A stretch of DNA of 64,000 nucleotides from Polyangiales bacterium (GCA_038230375.1 JBBRNJ010000013.1:1-64000); one strand, 5' to 3'; shown: positions 46,178 to 56,798, counted from the first letter of the stretch. The notes: generated by a model from the sequence alone, not told the origin. Numbers and translations: made by a program.

Positions 46178-47695
46178 ATGGAGGCAACGCTAGCGTCCCT
46201 GAAGAAGCGACTCGCGCAGGTCCCCGACGGCGCCGGCGTGCTCTTCTTCATCCAGATCTTCGCGACCCTCGGGTTCGCTGTCCTCTACTCGACGCTCGTC
46301 CTCTACGCGACGAAGCACCTGCATTTCTCGACCAAGGACGCGACCACCATCATGGGGGTGTTCGGCGCGTTCAACTATGGGCTGCACCTGTTCGGTGGGT
46401 ACCTGGGCGGGCGGTTTCTCAGCAACCGCGCGCTGTTCGTCGGTGGCATGGCGCTCCAGGTCCTTGGTTGCGGCTGCATCGCTGTCGGCTCCGTCGCCAT
46501 GCTGTACGTTGGCCTCGCGCTGTTCCTGACGGGGAGCGGCTTGAACGTCACGTGCATCAACATGATGCTCACGCAGCGATTCAAGCCGGATGACGTGCGC
46601 AGGGAGGGCGCCTTCCTCTGGAACTATGCTGGCATGAACATCGGCTTCTTCGTGGGCTTCGCGGCGGCGGGCCACTACCAGCTCACGGAAAACTATTCCG
46701 GCCTCTTCATCTTCGCGACCATCGGCAACTTCGTCGCGATCATCATCGCAGCGTTCTTCTGGAAGACCCTGGCCGATCGCGATACGCCTCTCGCCGAGGT
46801 CGACGCCAAGAAGTTCCGGCTCCGCTTCATCGCGGGCATCGGCATTCTCTTCGGTCTCGTCCCTGTCGTGTGGTTCTTGCTGCAGCATCCCCACGGCACC
46901 GAGACCCTCGTGAAGGGTATCAGCGCGATCGTGGCGCTCACGCTGGTCTGGCTCGCGTGGAAGCACCGTGACGCGCGCGAGAAGAACAACATGTGGGCCT
47001 ACCTGATCCTCACGATCGGGTCGCTCGTGTTCTGGGCGCTCTACCAGATGGCGCCGAGCGGTCTGCAGCTCTTCGCGGTCCAGAACGTCAATCGCAAGGT
47101 GTGGGGCCACGAGGTCGCGCCGCAGTGGATCCAGAACATCAACACGATCGTCATCGTCGTGGGCGGCCCGCTGATGCATGCGCTCTTCGTGAAGTTGCGC
47201 GCGCGCGGCTTCCAGATCGACGTCCCGAAGCAGTTCTCGATCTCGCTCATCCTGATGGGCCTGGGGTTCCTGGCGTTGCCCGTGGGCATCGCCTTCGCAG
47301 GCGCGGATGGAATGAGCTCGTTCTGGTGGCTCTTCCTCAGCTACGTGCTCCAGAGCATTGGTGAGCTCCTGATCTCGCCCGTTGGCTACGCGATGATCGG
47401 CAAGCTCGCGCCGCGCCAGTATCAGGGCGTGATGATGGGGTCGTGGATGCTCGTCACGGGACTCGCTTCGCTCTTCGCAGGCGACTTCTCGAGCATGGTC
47501 CCCGAGCCGGCCGAAGGCTCCGCGGCCTTGTCCACGAACCCGCTCTGGTCGCGCCTGTTCCTCTGGCTTGGCTGCGGCAGCCTGGTTGTGGGCGTGGTGC
47601 TCGTGGTGCTCATCCCGTTCCTGCGCAAGCTGATCACGGATGGCGACAAGGACTCGACCGAAGCCCCGGTCGCGACAAAGCCGAGCGCCGCCTGA
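46178..47695 (+). CDS. POT/PTR-family proton-dependent oligopeptide MFS transporter
   Basis: About 14 TM segments; GGYLGGRFL, F.W.Y.GMNIG, FWALYQ, GELLISPVG. Confidence 0.88.
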   Translation: MEATLASLKKRLAQVPDGAGVLFFIQIFATLGFAVLYSTLVLYATKHLHFSTKDATTIMGVFGAFNYGLHLFGGYLGGRFLSNRALFVGGMALQVLGCGCIAVGSVAMLYVGLALFLTGSGLNVTCINMMLTQRFKPDDVRREGAFLWNYAGMNIGFFVGFAAAGHYQLTENYSGLFIFATIGNFVAIIIAAFFWKTLADRDTPLAEVDAKKFRLRFIAGIGILFGLVPVVWFLLQHPHGTETLVKGISAIVALTLVWLAWKHRDAREKNNMWAYLILTIGSLVFWALYQMAPSGLQLFAVQNVNRKVWGHEVAPQWIQNINTIVIVVGGPLMHALFVKLRARGFQIDVPKQFSISLILMGLGFLALPVGIAFAGADGMSSFWWLFLSYVLQSIGELLISPVGYAMIGKLAPRQYQGVMMGSWMLVTGLASLFAGDFSSMVPEPAEGSAALSTNPLWSRLFLWLGCGSLVVGVVLVVLIPFLRKLITDGDKDSTEAPVATKPSAA

Positions 47696-47703
47696 GCAAG
47701 CAT

Positions 47704-48165
47704 TCACGGACGCACGAAGTAGCGGACGCGCTTGCCGTTGCGCGGGTCGTCCGCCTCACCGCAGGCCACAAAACCCAGCCGTTCGTGGAACGCGAGGCTG
47801 CCCGGATTGGCCGGCACCACGTTCACCTCGCAGCAGAGTGGCCGCCCCACGGCCGTCGCGGCAAGGTCTTCGTAGAGGCGCCTCGCGATGCCGCGGCCCT
47901 GCGCTGCGGCCGCGACCACCACGCGATCGATGTACAGGAAGGCCGGATATCGCGCCGCGAACCAACCGTGGTTCGGACCGTGCGGCGGCGTCGCCTCGCT
48001 CAGGGCGATCAGGAATGCGCGGCCGCTCTCTTCGACGCGCGCGTGTGCCGCGAGCGCCACGAGCGCCTCGAGCGTCTCGGTCGTGAGCTCATTCACCTGG
48101 GCCGCGTACGCATTGTTGAGTGCGAGGACCGCGGGCAGATCGTCCTTCGTGATGGGGCGAATCAT
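47704..48165 (-). CDS. GNAT-family N-acetyltransferase
   Basis: FLYIDRVVV...QGRGIA..LY, CEVN..P.NPGSLAFH.RLGF. Confidence 0.9.
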   Translation of the reverse strand: MIRPITKDDLPAVLALNNAYAAQVNELTTETLEALVALAAHARVEESGRAFLIALSEATPPHGPNHGWFAARYPAFLYIDRVVVAAAAQGRGIARRLYEDLAATAVGRPLCCEVNVVPANPGSLAFHERLGFVACGEADDPRNGKRVRYFVRP

Positions 48166-48179
48166 CGTGCGTGTGTGCG

Positions 48180-48389
48180 TTATTCGCAGCCGCAGACCGT
48201 GCCTGCGCCGAGCCCGCTGGCGCCCTCGGAGACCGCGCGCACGTGCGCGTCAACACCGTTCGTGATCTGCTCGGAGGTCATCGTGGGGTGGGCGAGCACG
48301 CTACGGTCGATCACGCGTCGGGTCACGCAGCCGGCGGCAAGGAGCGCGAGCCCGAGCACCACGACCAGCAGCGCCGTTTTTCGGACCAT
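48180..48389 (-). CDS. DUF4266-like small lipoprotein
   Basis: Lipobox AAGC; R..LAHP.M, H....EGASG, terminal CGC. Confidence 0.75.
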   Translation of the reverse strand: MVRKTALLVVVLGLALLAAGCVTRRVIDRSVLAHPTMTSEQITNGVDAHVRAVSEGASGLGAGTVCGCE

Positions 48390-48436
48390 CCAGTCATGGT
48401 AGCACCCCGCGAACGGGACGCTGGCGCTCGCGCGGC

Positions 48437-50418
48437 TCACGGGGCGTCGGCGATGGCGACGAAGCTCGCGTGGTCGCTGTCGAAGCCCTCGGGGAGCATG
48501 GCGTCCCACACTTTCTCGCTCACGCAGTGAGCCGCCTTCGGGCTCGCGGGCGTGAGCGTCACGGAGCCGACGTTGACGATCTCGTCCACGGTCGTCTCCA
48601 GGTGCACCTCCGCGTGCGTGCCACGCGCGCCGCATGCCCGCAGCGCGTCCGCCACGACGGCGCGCAGCACGGCGTCGGGATCGAAGCTTGTGCCACCACC
48701 ATGGCCGATCGAGCCGATCGAGCCGAGACCGATGCCCTCCCCCCTGCCGCCACCGCCCTCGCCGATCCCGCCCTCTCCGCGCTCGAGGCCTTCGGTGGAC
48801 GGTCGTACGCCGGGCTCGATCGCGAGGTAGCTCGTCACCGGGGACACGGCGCCGCCCTTCGTCGCCAGCAGCATCATCTCGGCCTCCGAGAGCTCGTGCA
48901 TCACGGACGAGCCGAAGACGAGCCCCGACCACAGCCGCCCTTCGGACTCGCTCGGCGAGAACTGGAGCGAGACCGCGCGGGACCACAGCTCGCCAGAAAC
49001 ACGGATGTCTCCCGCGGGGTGCGTCTCGATCCCGAGGTGCTCGAAGCGCTCCCCTTCCTTGATCTCGTCGTGGAAGGAGAGCGCGGAGGGGGCGCCGACC
49101 ACGGCAACACGCTGGAGACGGGTCGGGCGGACCCACTCCAGGAATACCCGGCGCTGCGCCTCGTCTTCGAGCCGCTCTGGGATGGTCGCGCGGTAGAGCA
49201 GGCCGCCCGTCTTTCGCGGGACCTGCGCCCAGGCGTCTTCGTCGTCGCGCGTGAGCTCTGCGTCGCCCGAGCCGACGGTCGCGACGTGGACGACGGCGCC
49301 GCTCCGCGCGACCTTCGTTGCGAGCACCGCTGGCGTGGCGCATCGCGTGTTCGCAGGTCGGTCAGGACGAGCACGCGTCGCACCGCACCCGGAGACTGCG
49401 CAAGCCATGCGTCGGCGTCCGCAAGGGCATCGTCGAGCTGGCTGCCATTCTTGTCGGGGCTCTGCAGGCCGTAGAGCCTCGTGATCGCGTCGCGCACGGG
49501 AACGCTGACACCGAACGGGGTGCGGACCGCGCGGTCGAAGGTCGTCACGTGGACGTTCGCGTTCGGGAGGTGCGATAGGTAGGCGCGCGCGGCGCTGCTT
49601 GCGAGCGAGAACGACGCCGCCATGGAGTGAGAGCCGTCGATCACGATCGCCACGTCCGCGTACGCAGGCACGCGCCCGAATGCAGGCGCCGCATCCATGG
49701 CCACGTGGACCAGGTGACGCGCGGTGCCGAGCGGAACGCTGGCAATCGCGCCGCGCATCTTCTCCTCTACGGCCGGACGCAGCTCGATCACGGTTGGCTG
49801 TCCAGCGTCGAACGTACCCTGGGCGAGCATGCCCGAGACGAGCACGCGATCTCCTTCGTGCACGGCCGACACCTTCACCTTCGCGCGATGGAGCTCCGTT
49901 CCGAGCGGCGGAAGCGTCATGGTGTAGCGCCCAGCCTCGTACGCGAGGGGCATCTTCATCGTGTACTCGACGGTCTTCTCCGCGCCAGCCGGCACCGGGA
50001 AGACCTGCAGCGCCAGCAGGCCCTGGCTGCGCCAGGAGAGCAGCGCTGGATCCTTCGGGTAGTAGCCGCCGATACCTGTGAGCTCCTGGTACTTGTGCGC
50101 CGCCGTCTCGGCCTCCATGAGATCGCCCTCGAACCAGATCGGCTCACCGCGCGCGTTCCTTCCCTGCGTGCGGAGCCGTGTGGCGACCGCCTCCGCGGGG
50201 ATATCGAGAAAGAAGAGGGCCTGGTCGCTCCTGGGTCCGGAGTTCCGAACGGCGCGGGTGACCACCAGCGTGGCGACGCCGCGATCAACCTTCACGTCCA
50301 CTGCGTGGACAGTCTCGCGAAGATCGAAGCGCGTGCTGACGACCTGGTCCGCGGACGCGCCGCTTGCGACCGTGGTGCATGAGATGAAGCCAGCCGCAAC
50401 GAGGAGTCCATGGCGCAT
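48437..50418 (-). pseudogene. VIT/vWA-like secreted protein split by a frameshift near 49338
   Basis: First frame: signal peptide, VIT-like ..LQVFPV, vWA IVIDGSHSM ... VLVLTD. Second frame continues ATPAVLATK..VVHVA...VSPVTSYLAIEPG. One base is missing at gat gcg cc acg. Confidence 0.7.
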
Positions 50419-50571
50419 GAACACCAGCGACAAGCGCGCGGGGAGGGAGTTCCCGCTTTGTCATCGAACGAACGATACGCGCGCACACGCAACCGCAAGA
50501 CTGCAAACTTCTGTCGAGAGAGGCACTCGCATACGCGCTGCCTGGTCGACAAACTGCGCTACGATGGATGT

Positions 50572-51444
50572 GTGCGCCGCCACCTCATTCTCCTCGCGCT
50601 CGTCTTGCACGGGGGCATCGCCGCGTGCGGGCTTTCCACGCTCGGTACGGGACCGGACGCCGTTGATGCCGTCGACGGCGCTGCGGACGGACGCTCCGGA
50701 GGACCGAGCGGCGCGGACGGAAGCGTGTCAACGCAGGACGGCGGACCTGAAGGCGGGGACGGCGGAGGGGTCGTGGACGGCTCCAGTGACGGCACGACCA
50801 AGCCAGCGGATAGCGGCATCGGCTGCACGGTCGGTGCGACCGCCACCTCGCTCTGCGACAACTTCGACGACCCGTTCACCGGGTGGGCTTCGTTCTGGAC
50901 TCTTCAGAACCCGGCGATGAGCCTCGTGTCGCAGGACGTCACCACGAGCGTGAGCGCTCCGAAGTCGCTCTATGCCGGCGCGCCGATGAACACGCCCGAC
51001 CCGTACGAGGTCGGGTTGAAGAAGCAGATGGCGTTCGGCAAGACAGTCACGGTCGACTTCGACTACGAGGTGATCGCCACCGGTGGCTACGTGGAGGTTG
51101 TCCAGATCATGTTCGGAGGCACGGACAACGCGCGCTTCCTCGTTAACACGTCGGACACCATCGCCTACGTTGACGGGTACAATGGCACGTCGCGCAGGGG
51201 CGTCGGCGCGGGGGTCGCCACGCTCGGCGGATGGCACCACGCGCATGTCGTGTTCACGTTCGCCAGCGCCGGCGGAGGCGCGTCGATCACGCTCGATCAC
51301 GGCGCCACCCTTCCCTCCAACGTGGGCGACACCGTTGGCACCGCCCCCGCCACCTTCGATGTTCACGTCGGCAATTCGCCTGGCATGGGACAGGCTGCCT
51401 CGCGCGCGAACGTGGACAACTTCGTGCTCACCGTCACGCCCTAG
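50572..51444 (+). CDS. Beta-sandwich lipoprotein (same type as the gene at 10472)
   Basis: GTG start, lipobox IAAC, DGG linker, LCDNFDD, SVSAPKSL, WHH, terminal VDNF. Confidence 0.75.
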   Translation: MRRHLILLALVLHGGIAACGLSTLGTGPDAVDAVDGAADGRSGGPSGADGSVSTQDGGPEGGDGGGVVDGSSDGTTKPADSGIGCTVGATATSLCDNFDDPFTGWASFWTLQNPAMSLVSQDVTTSVSAPKSLYAGAPMNTPDPYEVGLKKQMAFGKTVTVDFDYEVIATGGYVEVVQIMFGGTDNARFLVNTSDTIAYVDGYNGTSRRGVGAGVATLGGWHHAHVVFTFASAGGGASITLDHGATLPSNVGDTVGTAPATFDVHVGNSPGMGQAASRANVDNFVLTVTP

Positions 51445-51477
51445 ATCGCCTGCATTTTTAGCCCGTATTCGCGTATC

Positions 51478-52632
51478 GTGACGTCGGAGAAAGTCTTGAA
51501 GACCATTCACCGTTCGTTTCTCGCGACGCTCGTGCTCCTCGGGGGATGCGCCCACAACGTCTCCGATCACCCTCGCGATCCGTCGGGGCGCGCTGGAATG
51601 CCGATCGCCCCCAACGCCGAGCCCGCGGAGCCGATCGTGCCCCACGACGACCGCCCTGCCTTCAACACGGAGTACTTCCTTGGCACGGCCGAGCAAGAGG
51701 CCGCGCAGTTCGCGGACTTCGCAAAGCAGATCCAGGAGCTCCAGCAGAAGGCCGCGACCGACCACGGCCAGCCCGTGCAGCGCGGGTTCCATGCGAAGTC
51801 GCACGCATGCCTGAACGGTGAGCTCCGGCTGGAGCCACACCGTGATCCCCGCACGCGCTTCGGCCTCTTCGCGGACGACCAGCGGGACAAACGCATCGTC
51901 GCGCGATTCTCGAACGGCGTCGGCTGGCGGCAAGGCGATGGCGAGCTCGACGCGCGCGGTCTTGCGTTCAAGGTCTTCGGTGTCCCCGGTCCGAAGTACA
52001 TGCCCGACGAGCAAGACACCCAGGACTTCCTCATGACCAACTCGCCCACGCCGGTGGGGCGGGACGCGGTCGAGTTCATGGAGTTCGCGCGCTCGATCAC
52101 GAATGGGCAGATCTCGGGGCTCTTCTTCCTTGCGGGGCACGCGCCCACGTCGGCGAAGGCGCTCGCGCGAACGACCGCCGTGAGCAGCATGGTCACCGAG
52201 CGATTCTGGAGCGGCGGCACGTACCACCTGGGCGCGCACCAGGCCGTGAAGTACAGCACGCGCCCGTGCGATCTGCGTCTCGTGCGCGAGCCATCACGCG
52301 CGAGCGACGACTATCTCCGCGAGGACCTGATCGACGCCGCCGCGAAGGACGGTGTCTGCATGACGCTTTACGTGCAGCTTCAGACCGATCCCGACAAGAC
52401 GCCGATCGAGAACTCGTCGGTCGTGTGGGAAGAGAAGGACTCGCCGATCTTGCCGGTCGCGCACCTCATGATGCCGCCGCAGGAGGTCCTGCCCACCGCC
52501 ACCGCCGCGTGCGACGCGCTCGCGTTCACACCCTGGCACTCAATGCCGGCCCACAAGCCCATGGGCCACATCAACCGCGCACGCCGCTACGTGTACCAGG
52601 CGAGCCAATCACTCCGCCACGCCGGTCACTGA
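51478..52632 (+). CDS. Catalase-like heme protein (small catalase-related family), lipoprotein
   Basis: RGFHAKSH (distal His), ARFSN, DARGLAFK, QDFLMTN, HKPMGHINRARRYVY (proximal Tyr); lipobox LGGC. Confidence 0.85.
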   Translation: MTSEKVLKTIHRSFLATLVLLGGCAHNVSDHPRDPSGRAGMPIAPNAEPAEPIVPHDDRPAFNTEYFLGTAEQEAAQFADFAKQIQELQQKAATDHGQPVQRGFHAKSHACLNGELRLEPHRDPRTRFGLFADDQRDKRIVARFSNGVGWRQGDGELDARGLAFKVFGVPGPKYMPDEQDTQDFLMTNSPTPVGRDAVEFMEFARSITNGQISGLFFLAGHAPTSAKALARTTAVSSMVTERFWSGGTYHLGAHQAVKYSTRPCDLRLVREPSRASDDYLREDLIDAAAKDGVCMTLYVQLQTDPDKTPIENSSVVWEEKDSPILPVAHLMMPPQEVLPTATAACDALAFTPWHSMPAHKPMGHINRARRYVYQASQSLRHAGH

Positions 52633-53192
52633 GCCGCGGGCGGGAACCCCACAGCTGATTTCGTGCAGGTGGTTGCTTTGCCGCATGGCTCTTGCTGACA
52701 CGTCGTCATGTCCTTGAGGGCGGCTTCGTTCATCATGCCCCACGTTCGCAGACAGCCCGGGATATCGACCGCGGCGCCGCTGCAGGTATGTTCCTTCTCC
52801 TGCGCCACCTGGCAGAAGTGCTTCGCCGCGTCACTGGGCTCTGGCCGCGTGTCGCCGAAGCATTTCTTCTCGGTGTCATCGCCCTTGGCCATCACGTCGC
52901 AGCCGGCGGCGTCCAGGCATGCGAGCGTTGCCTTCGCGTAGTCCTCACGCCAGTAGGTGCGCGCAGGGCTCCCGCGCTCGCGGCAGTTCTTCTGGCAGGT
53001 GGTGCCATCCCACTTGGGGTCGCATTGCACCTGCTTCTGACAGAGCGTGTTGCAGAGGCGCCCGACGAGCGTGTCCGTCTGCGCGCCCTCTGCTTGCGCC
53101 GGTGTCTTTGGCTGCGGGTCGGGGCCTCCGCACGCGACGAGCGCAAACGCGGCCAGCACGCATGAGGAACAAGCGCGTCGCAAGGTGCTCAT
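52626..53192 (-). CDS. Cys-rich lipoprotein
   Basis: ATG 53192, lipobox LVAC; two CxxxC..C modules. Confidence 0.75.
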   Translation of the reverse strand: MSTLRRACSSCVLAAFALVACGGPDPQPKTPAQAEGAQTDTLVGRLCNTLCQKQVQCDPKWDGTTCQKNCRERGSPARTYWREDYAKATLACLDAAGCDVMAKGDDTEKKCFGDTRPEPSDAAKHFCQVAQEKEHTCSGAAVDIPGCLRTWGMMNEAALKDMTTCQQEPCGKATTCTKSAVGFPPAAQ

Positions 53193-53261
53193 TCGCGGAG
53201 TTCTATCACCGGCCTCGCGTCGGCGGGCAAGCTCTCGCCGCTGGCCTGCTACAATCGACCC

Positions 53262-54077
53262 ATGAGAGGGCGTTTGGCTGCCGTGCTTCTCACCGCTGCT
53301 ATCGCCCCGGCGTGTGGGCGCCATGCGGCGTCGGCCGCGGTGGAGACGGAAGCACGCCCTGCTACCACCAGCGTTGCTCCGGACGCGGGCGTGGCGTCCA
53401 GCGTGTCCGACACGGACCTGCGCCCGAAGGACACGGCCCCCACGGAGGAGCTCGACGTTCCATCGCCCCCGATCGGCGCGCTGGTTCCATACGCGGCCGC
53501 ATCGGCATGGCGAGGGACAGGTGTGCCGCCGAAGGAGTACTCGCTGTTCGACGTACCCGAGCGATCGCCCGTGCTGGGCTACGCCGCTCTCGACCGCGAC
53601 GCGTGTGAAGAGGCGCTGAGGAAGCGAGGCGTACCGTTCACGCGCGGCGAGAACATAGAGGGGGTACGCGCGCCGGTACGCCTGGGTGGGGCGCTCCACG
53701 GCGTCTCGATCCACTCGTATCTCCCGCCGGCGATGCGTGGGGCCGCGCGCGCCGATCTCATCGATTGCCGCCTCGCGCTCTCGCTGGACGACTTCGCGCT
53801 CTCGTTGGAGCAGCGCGGCATCGTCGAGGTCGTCCACGTCTCGGCGTACCGCTCGCGGAAGGAAGGTGGCTGCACCGCCAAATACGCCGGCGAGCAGCAC
53901 TGCGCAGCGCTCGCGGTCGACGTGACGAGCTTCACCAGGAAGGACGGAACGAAGCTCGTCGTGGACCGCGACTTCCACGGCAAGATCGGCGCGCTCACCT
54001 GCGTCGATACGCGGAACGCCGCGCACGTCGCGGATGCGCGCGCACGTTTCTTGGCCCTGCCGCGCCGACCCAGATAG
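53262..54077 (+). CDS. Extensin-like C-terminal (M15 peptidase-fold) protein, possibly 3'-truncated
   Basis: C...L...GV.F, V.APVRL.G.L.GV, DCRLAL.L, H.SAYR, QH..ALAVDV; the distal HxxHxH motif is not seen. Confidence 0.7.
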   Translation: MRGRLAAVLLTAAIAPACGRHAASAAVETEARPATTSVAPDAGVASSVSDTDLRPKDTAPTEELDVPSPPIGALVPYAAASAWRGTGVPPKEYSLFDVPERSPVLGYAALDRDACEEALRKRGVPFTRGENIEGVRAPVRLGGALHGVSIHSYLPPAMRGAARADLIDCRLALSLDDFALSLEQRGIVEVVHVSAYRSRKEGGCTAKYAGEQHCAALAVDVTSFTRKDGTKLVVDRDFHGKIGALTCVDTRNAAHVADARARFLALPRRPR

Positions 54078-54086
54078 GCCGGGCTG

Positions 54087-54626
54087 ATGAGCACAATGAC
54101 CAGTCTCCAGGTTGCAGTAAGCCTCCTCGCAGCGCTTTCTCTCGCCGGCACGGCGGGCTGTGCGCACAAACCTGCCGCGCCCGCCGCCACGACGACGGCT
54201 GCGCAGGTCACGCGCGCCGACCGCGAGGTGAGCCTCTCCGACGACCTTCGCAAGGCGTGCAAGATCGAGGAGGACGCGAACGCTCCGAAGTTCGACTACG
54301 ACTCGAAGGGGCTCTCGACGGCGGATCGCGACGTCCTCGTGCAGGTCGCGCGTTGCCTGACGACCGGCCCGCTCAAGGGCCGCGAGGTGCAGATGATCGG
54401 CCGCGCCGACCCGCGTGGCGAGGTCGAGTACAACATGACGCTCGGGGAATCGCGCGCCGCTTCGGTGCAGGTCTACCTGGCGGGCCTTGGCGTCGCCAAG
54501 GAGAAGATGGGCGTCACGTCGCGCGGCGAGCTCGACGCGACGGGCACGGACGAAGAAGGCTGGCGCCTCGATCGCCGCGTCGACCTCCGCCTCGTCGCGC
54601 GCGATACCAGCGTCGCGCTGCAGTAG
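54087..54626 (+). CDS. OmpA/Pal-family peptidoglycan-binding lipoprotein
   Basis: Lipobox TAGC; FDYDS, GRADPRGEVEYN..LG..RA, SRGE, DRRVD. Confidence 0.9.
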   Translation: MSTMTSLQVAVSLLAALSLAGTAGCAHKPAAPAATTTAAQVTRADREVSLSDDLRKACKIEEDANAPKFDYDSKGLSTADRDVLVQVARCLTTGPLKGREVQMIGRADPRGEVEYNMTLGESRAASVQVYLAGLGVAKEKMGVTSRGELDATGTDEEGWRLDRRVDLRLVARDTSVALQ

Positions 54627-54831
54627 CTGGCGACGAAGGGCCACCGCTCGTCCGGCGCGATGGGTGGTCGTGGCATCACGCGGTCGCCTCGTCATGAATG
54701 ATGGCCCAGCCGAACTCCGGAGCGAGTGCGTTGGTCGCTTCGTCCTGGGTCACGCCGAACATCCCCGCGACTCAGGTGAATCGTGATCGACATGGGAACA
54801 GGCTATCACCACGTGTGCAGGCGCGCGTAGG

Positions 54832-56175
54832 ATGGGCGGGATGCAAAGCGCGCCGACCGTGCAGGGGCTTCCGTTTCTGCGCAACGCGGTTCCTTACCTG
54901 CGCGCACCGCTGCGATTTCTGTGTCACGTGCGCGAAGCGTACGGCGACGTGGCGCGCATCGGGCTCGGTCCCATCGAGATGACGCTCGTCAGCCATCCAG
55001 ATCTTGTGGAGGACGTGCTGCTGACGCGCAGCAAGCTGTTCACGAAGGACCGCTTCCTGCGCGAGCAGCTGCGTCCGGTCCTGGGCCAGGGACTGCTCTC
55101 GAGCGACGGCGATTTCTGGCGCAGGCAGCGCCGCCTTGCGCAGCCCGCGTTTCATCGCGACAGGATCGCCGCGTATGGAGACATCATGGTGGACCATGCG
55201 TCGCGGCTCTCGCGGCAGTGGCGCCACGGAGAGGTGCGCGACGTCCACAAGGACATGATGCGCCTCACGCTGGAGATCGTCGCGCAGACGCTCTTCGGTG
55301 CGAACGTCGGCGATCATGCGGAGGACGTGGGCAGCGCGCTGGAGGTCGTGCTCGCGGTCGTGGCCGATCCGCTGGAGATCTTCTTCCCCGTCCTCCAGCG
55401 CCTGCCGACGCGAAACAGGCGTGCGTTCGATCAGGCCGTGAAGAAGCTCGATTCGATCGTCTACGGCGTCATCGAGGAGCGGCGAAAGAGCGGCGCCGAG
55501 GAGACGAACGATCTGCTCTCCATGCTGCTGCACGCGCGCGACGAAGACGGCTCGAGTATGTCCGACGAGCAGCTCCGCGACGAATGCATGACGCTCTTCC
55601 TGGCCGGCCATGAGACGACCGCGCTCAACCTCTCGTGGGCGTGGGTCCTCTTGTCGCAGCATCCCGACGTCGACGCCGCGCTCGGAAAGGAGCTCCGCGA
55701 GGTGCTCGGCGACCGCCCCGCAACCTTCGCTGATGTGCCCAAGCTTCGGCTCACCGGTCACATCATCATGGAGGCCCTGCGCCTCTATCCGCCGGCATGG
55801 TCGATCGGGCGCGAGGCACGTGAGGACCTGGAGATCGGCGGATTCCTCGTGAAGCGCGGCGAGCACGTGGGGTGCAGCCCGTGGTCGATCCAGCGGGACC
55901 CCAGATGGTTCGACCGCCCCGACGAATTTCTTCCGGAGCGCTGGGATGGCGATCTCGCGAAGACGCTGCACCGTTACGCGTACTTCCCGTTCGGCGGCGG
56001 CCCGCGCTTCTGCATCGGGCAGGCGTTCGCGCAGATGGAGGCGGTCCTCCTCCTTGCGACGCTCGCGCGCGACTTCCGCGCCGACGTCCTGCCGCGCCCG
56101 CGCATCGTGGCTTCGCCCTCGGTGACGTTGCGCCCGAAGCCCGGCGTCCGCGCGCGCCTCTCGTCCAGATCCTGA
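54832..56175 (+). CDS. Cytochrome P450
   Basis: AGHETT, EALRLYPP, PERW, FGGGPRFCIG (heme Cys). Confidence 0.95.
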   Translation: MGGMQSAPTVQGLPFLRNAVPYLRAPLRFLCHVREAYGDVARIGLGPIEMTLVSHPDLVEDVLLTRSKLFTKDRFLREQLRPVLGQGLLSSDGDFWRRQRRLAQPAFHRDRIAAYGDIMVDHASRLSRQWRHGEVRDVHKDMMRLTLEIVAQTLFGANVGDHAEDVGSALEVVLAVVADPLEIFFPVLQRLPTRNRRAFDQAVKKLDSIVYGVIEERRKSGAEETNDLLSMLLHARDEDGSSMSDEQLRDECMTLFLAGHETTALNLSWAWVLLSQHPDVDAALGKELREVLGDRPATFADVPKLRLTGHIIMEALRLYPPAWSIGREAREDLEIGGFLVKRGEHVGCSPWSIQRDPRWFDRPDEFLPERWDGDLAKTLHRYAYFPFGGGPRFCIGQAFAQMEAVLLLATLARDFRADVLPRPRIVASPSVTLRPKPGVRARLSSRS

Positions 56176-56181
56176 GCGCTC

Positions 56182-56718
56182 TCAGGTAGGCGCGGTGGGC
56201 TCGGCCGACGTTGCCTTGGTCTCGACGTACTTCCGCTGGCTGTAGCGCAGGATCCAGATCGCGAGGGTCATCGCGACGACCGTCATGGCCAGAAGCCCCA
56301 GCTCCACGAGCGTGTTGTGGAACTTCCCTGGATCGTTCTCCGACTCCGTCGAGGTCGCCGTGATCACCAGCATCCGTCGAATGCCGGCGATCGAGCCGAT
56401 GATCAGGAATGGCTCGGCGTTGAGCGTGTGGGACTTGAGAGAAATGGCCACCGTGTAGACGATCTCCATCGTCATCATGACGAGCAGGATCGTGTTCAGG
56501 ATGCCGATCGCGTCGTGCTCGATCTCGCGCGGCCCATGGGTCGTCGCGATCCAGAGATCGTGCATGCTCGAATACAGAAGCAGCAGCGCCACCAGGACCA
56601 GCGCCACACCAATGAACGCCAGGACGATGCTCTCGGATGTTCCGAGGTACGTGGACGCCTTTGCTGTCCATCCCTTCGCCTCGTGCTCGTCGTGCCCGCC
56701 CGCCTTCGACTCGCTCAT
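56182..56718 (-). CDS. PsiE-family membrane protein
   Basis: Four TM segments; LL..M..EI..TV, EPFLIIG.IA.IRR.L. Confidence 0.8.
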   Translation of the reverse strand: MSESKAGGHDEHEAKGWTAKASTYLGTSESIVLAFIGVALVLVALLLLYSSMHDLWIATTHGPREIEHDAIGILNTILLVMMTMEIVYTVAISLKSHTLNAEPFLIIGSIAGIRRMLVITATSTESENDPGKFHNTLVELGLLAMTVVAMTLAIWILRYSQRKYVETKATSAEPTAPT

Positions 56719-56798
56719 GGGCGCATTGTCCCGCGGCGCTCGGGAACATGGCAAATTCGGTGTGGCTCGTCGCGTTCAACCCATGCAAGCCCGCCGCA

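Noticed and set aside
52626..54695. 689-aa minus-strand ORF
   Set aside because: Only 52626-53192 is protein-like (lipobox); the rest is antisense to the extensin-like and OmpA genes
54668..54765. Short minus-strand frame MFGVTQDEATNALAPEFGWAIIHDEATA
   Set aside because: Protein-like but under 30 aa with no recognisable motif
54832..56175. P450 as part of the isonitrile cluster
   Set aside because: It is about 35 kb away with unrelated neighbours; no evidence of linkage
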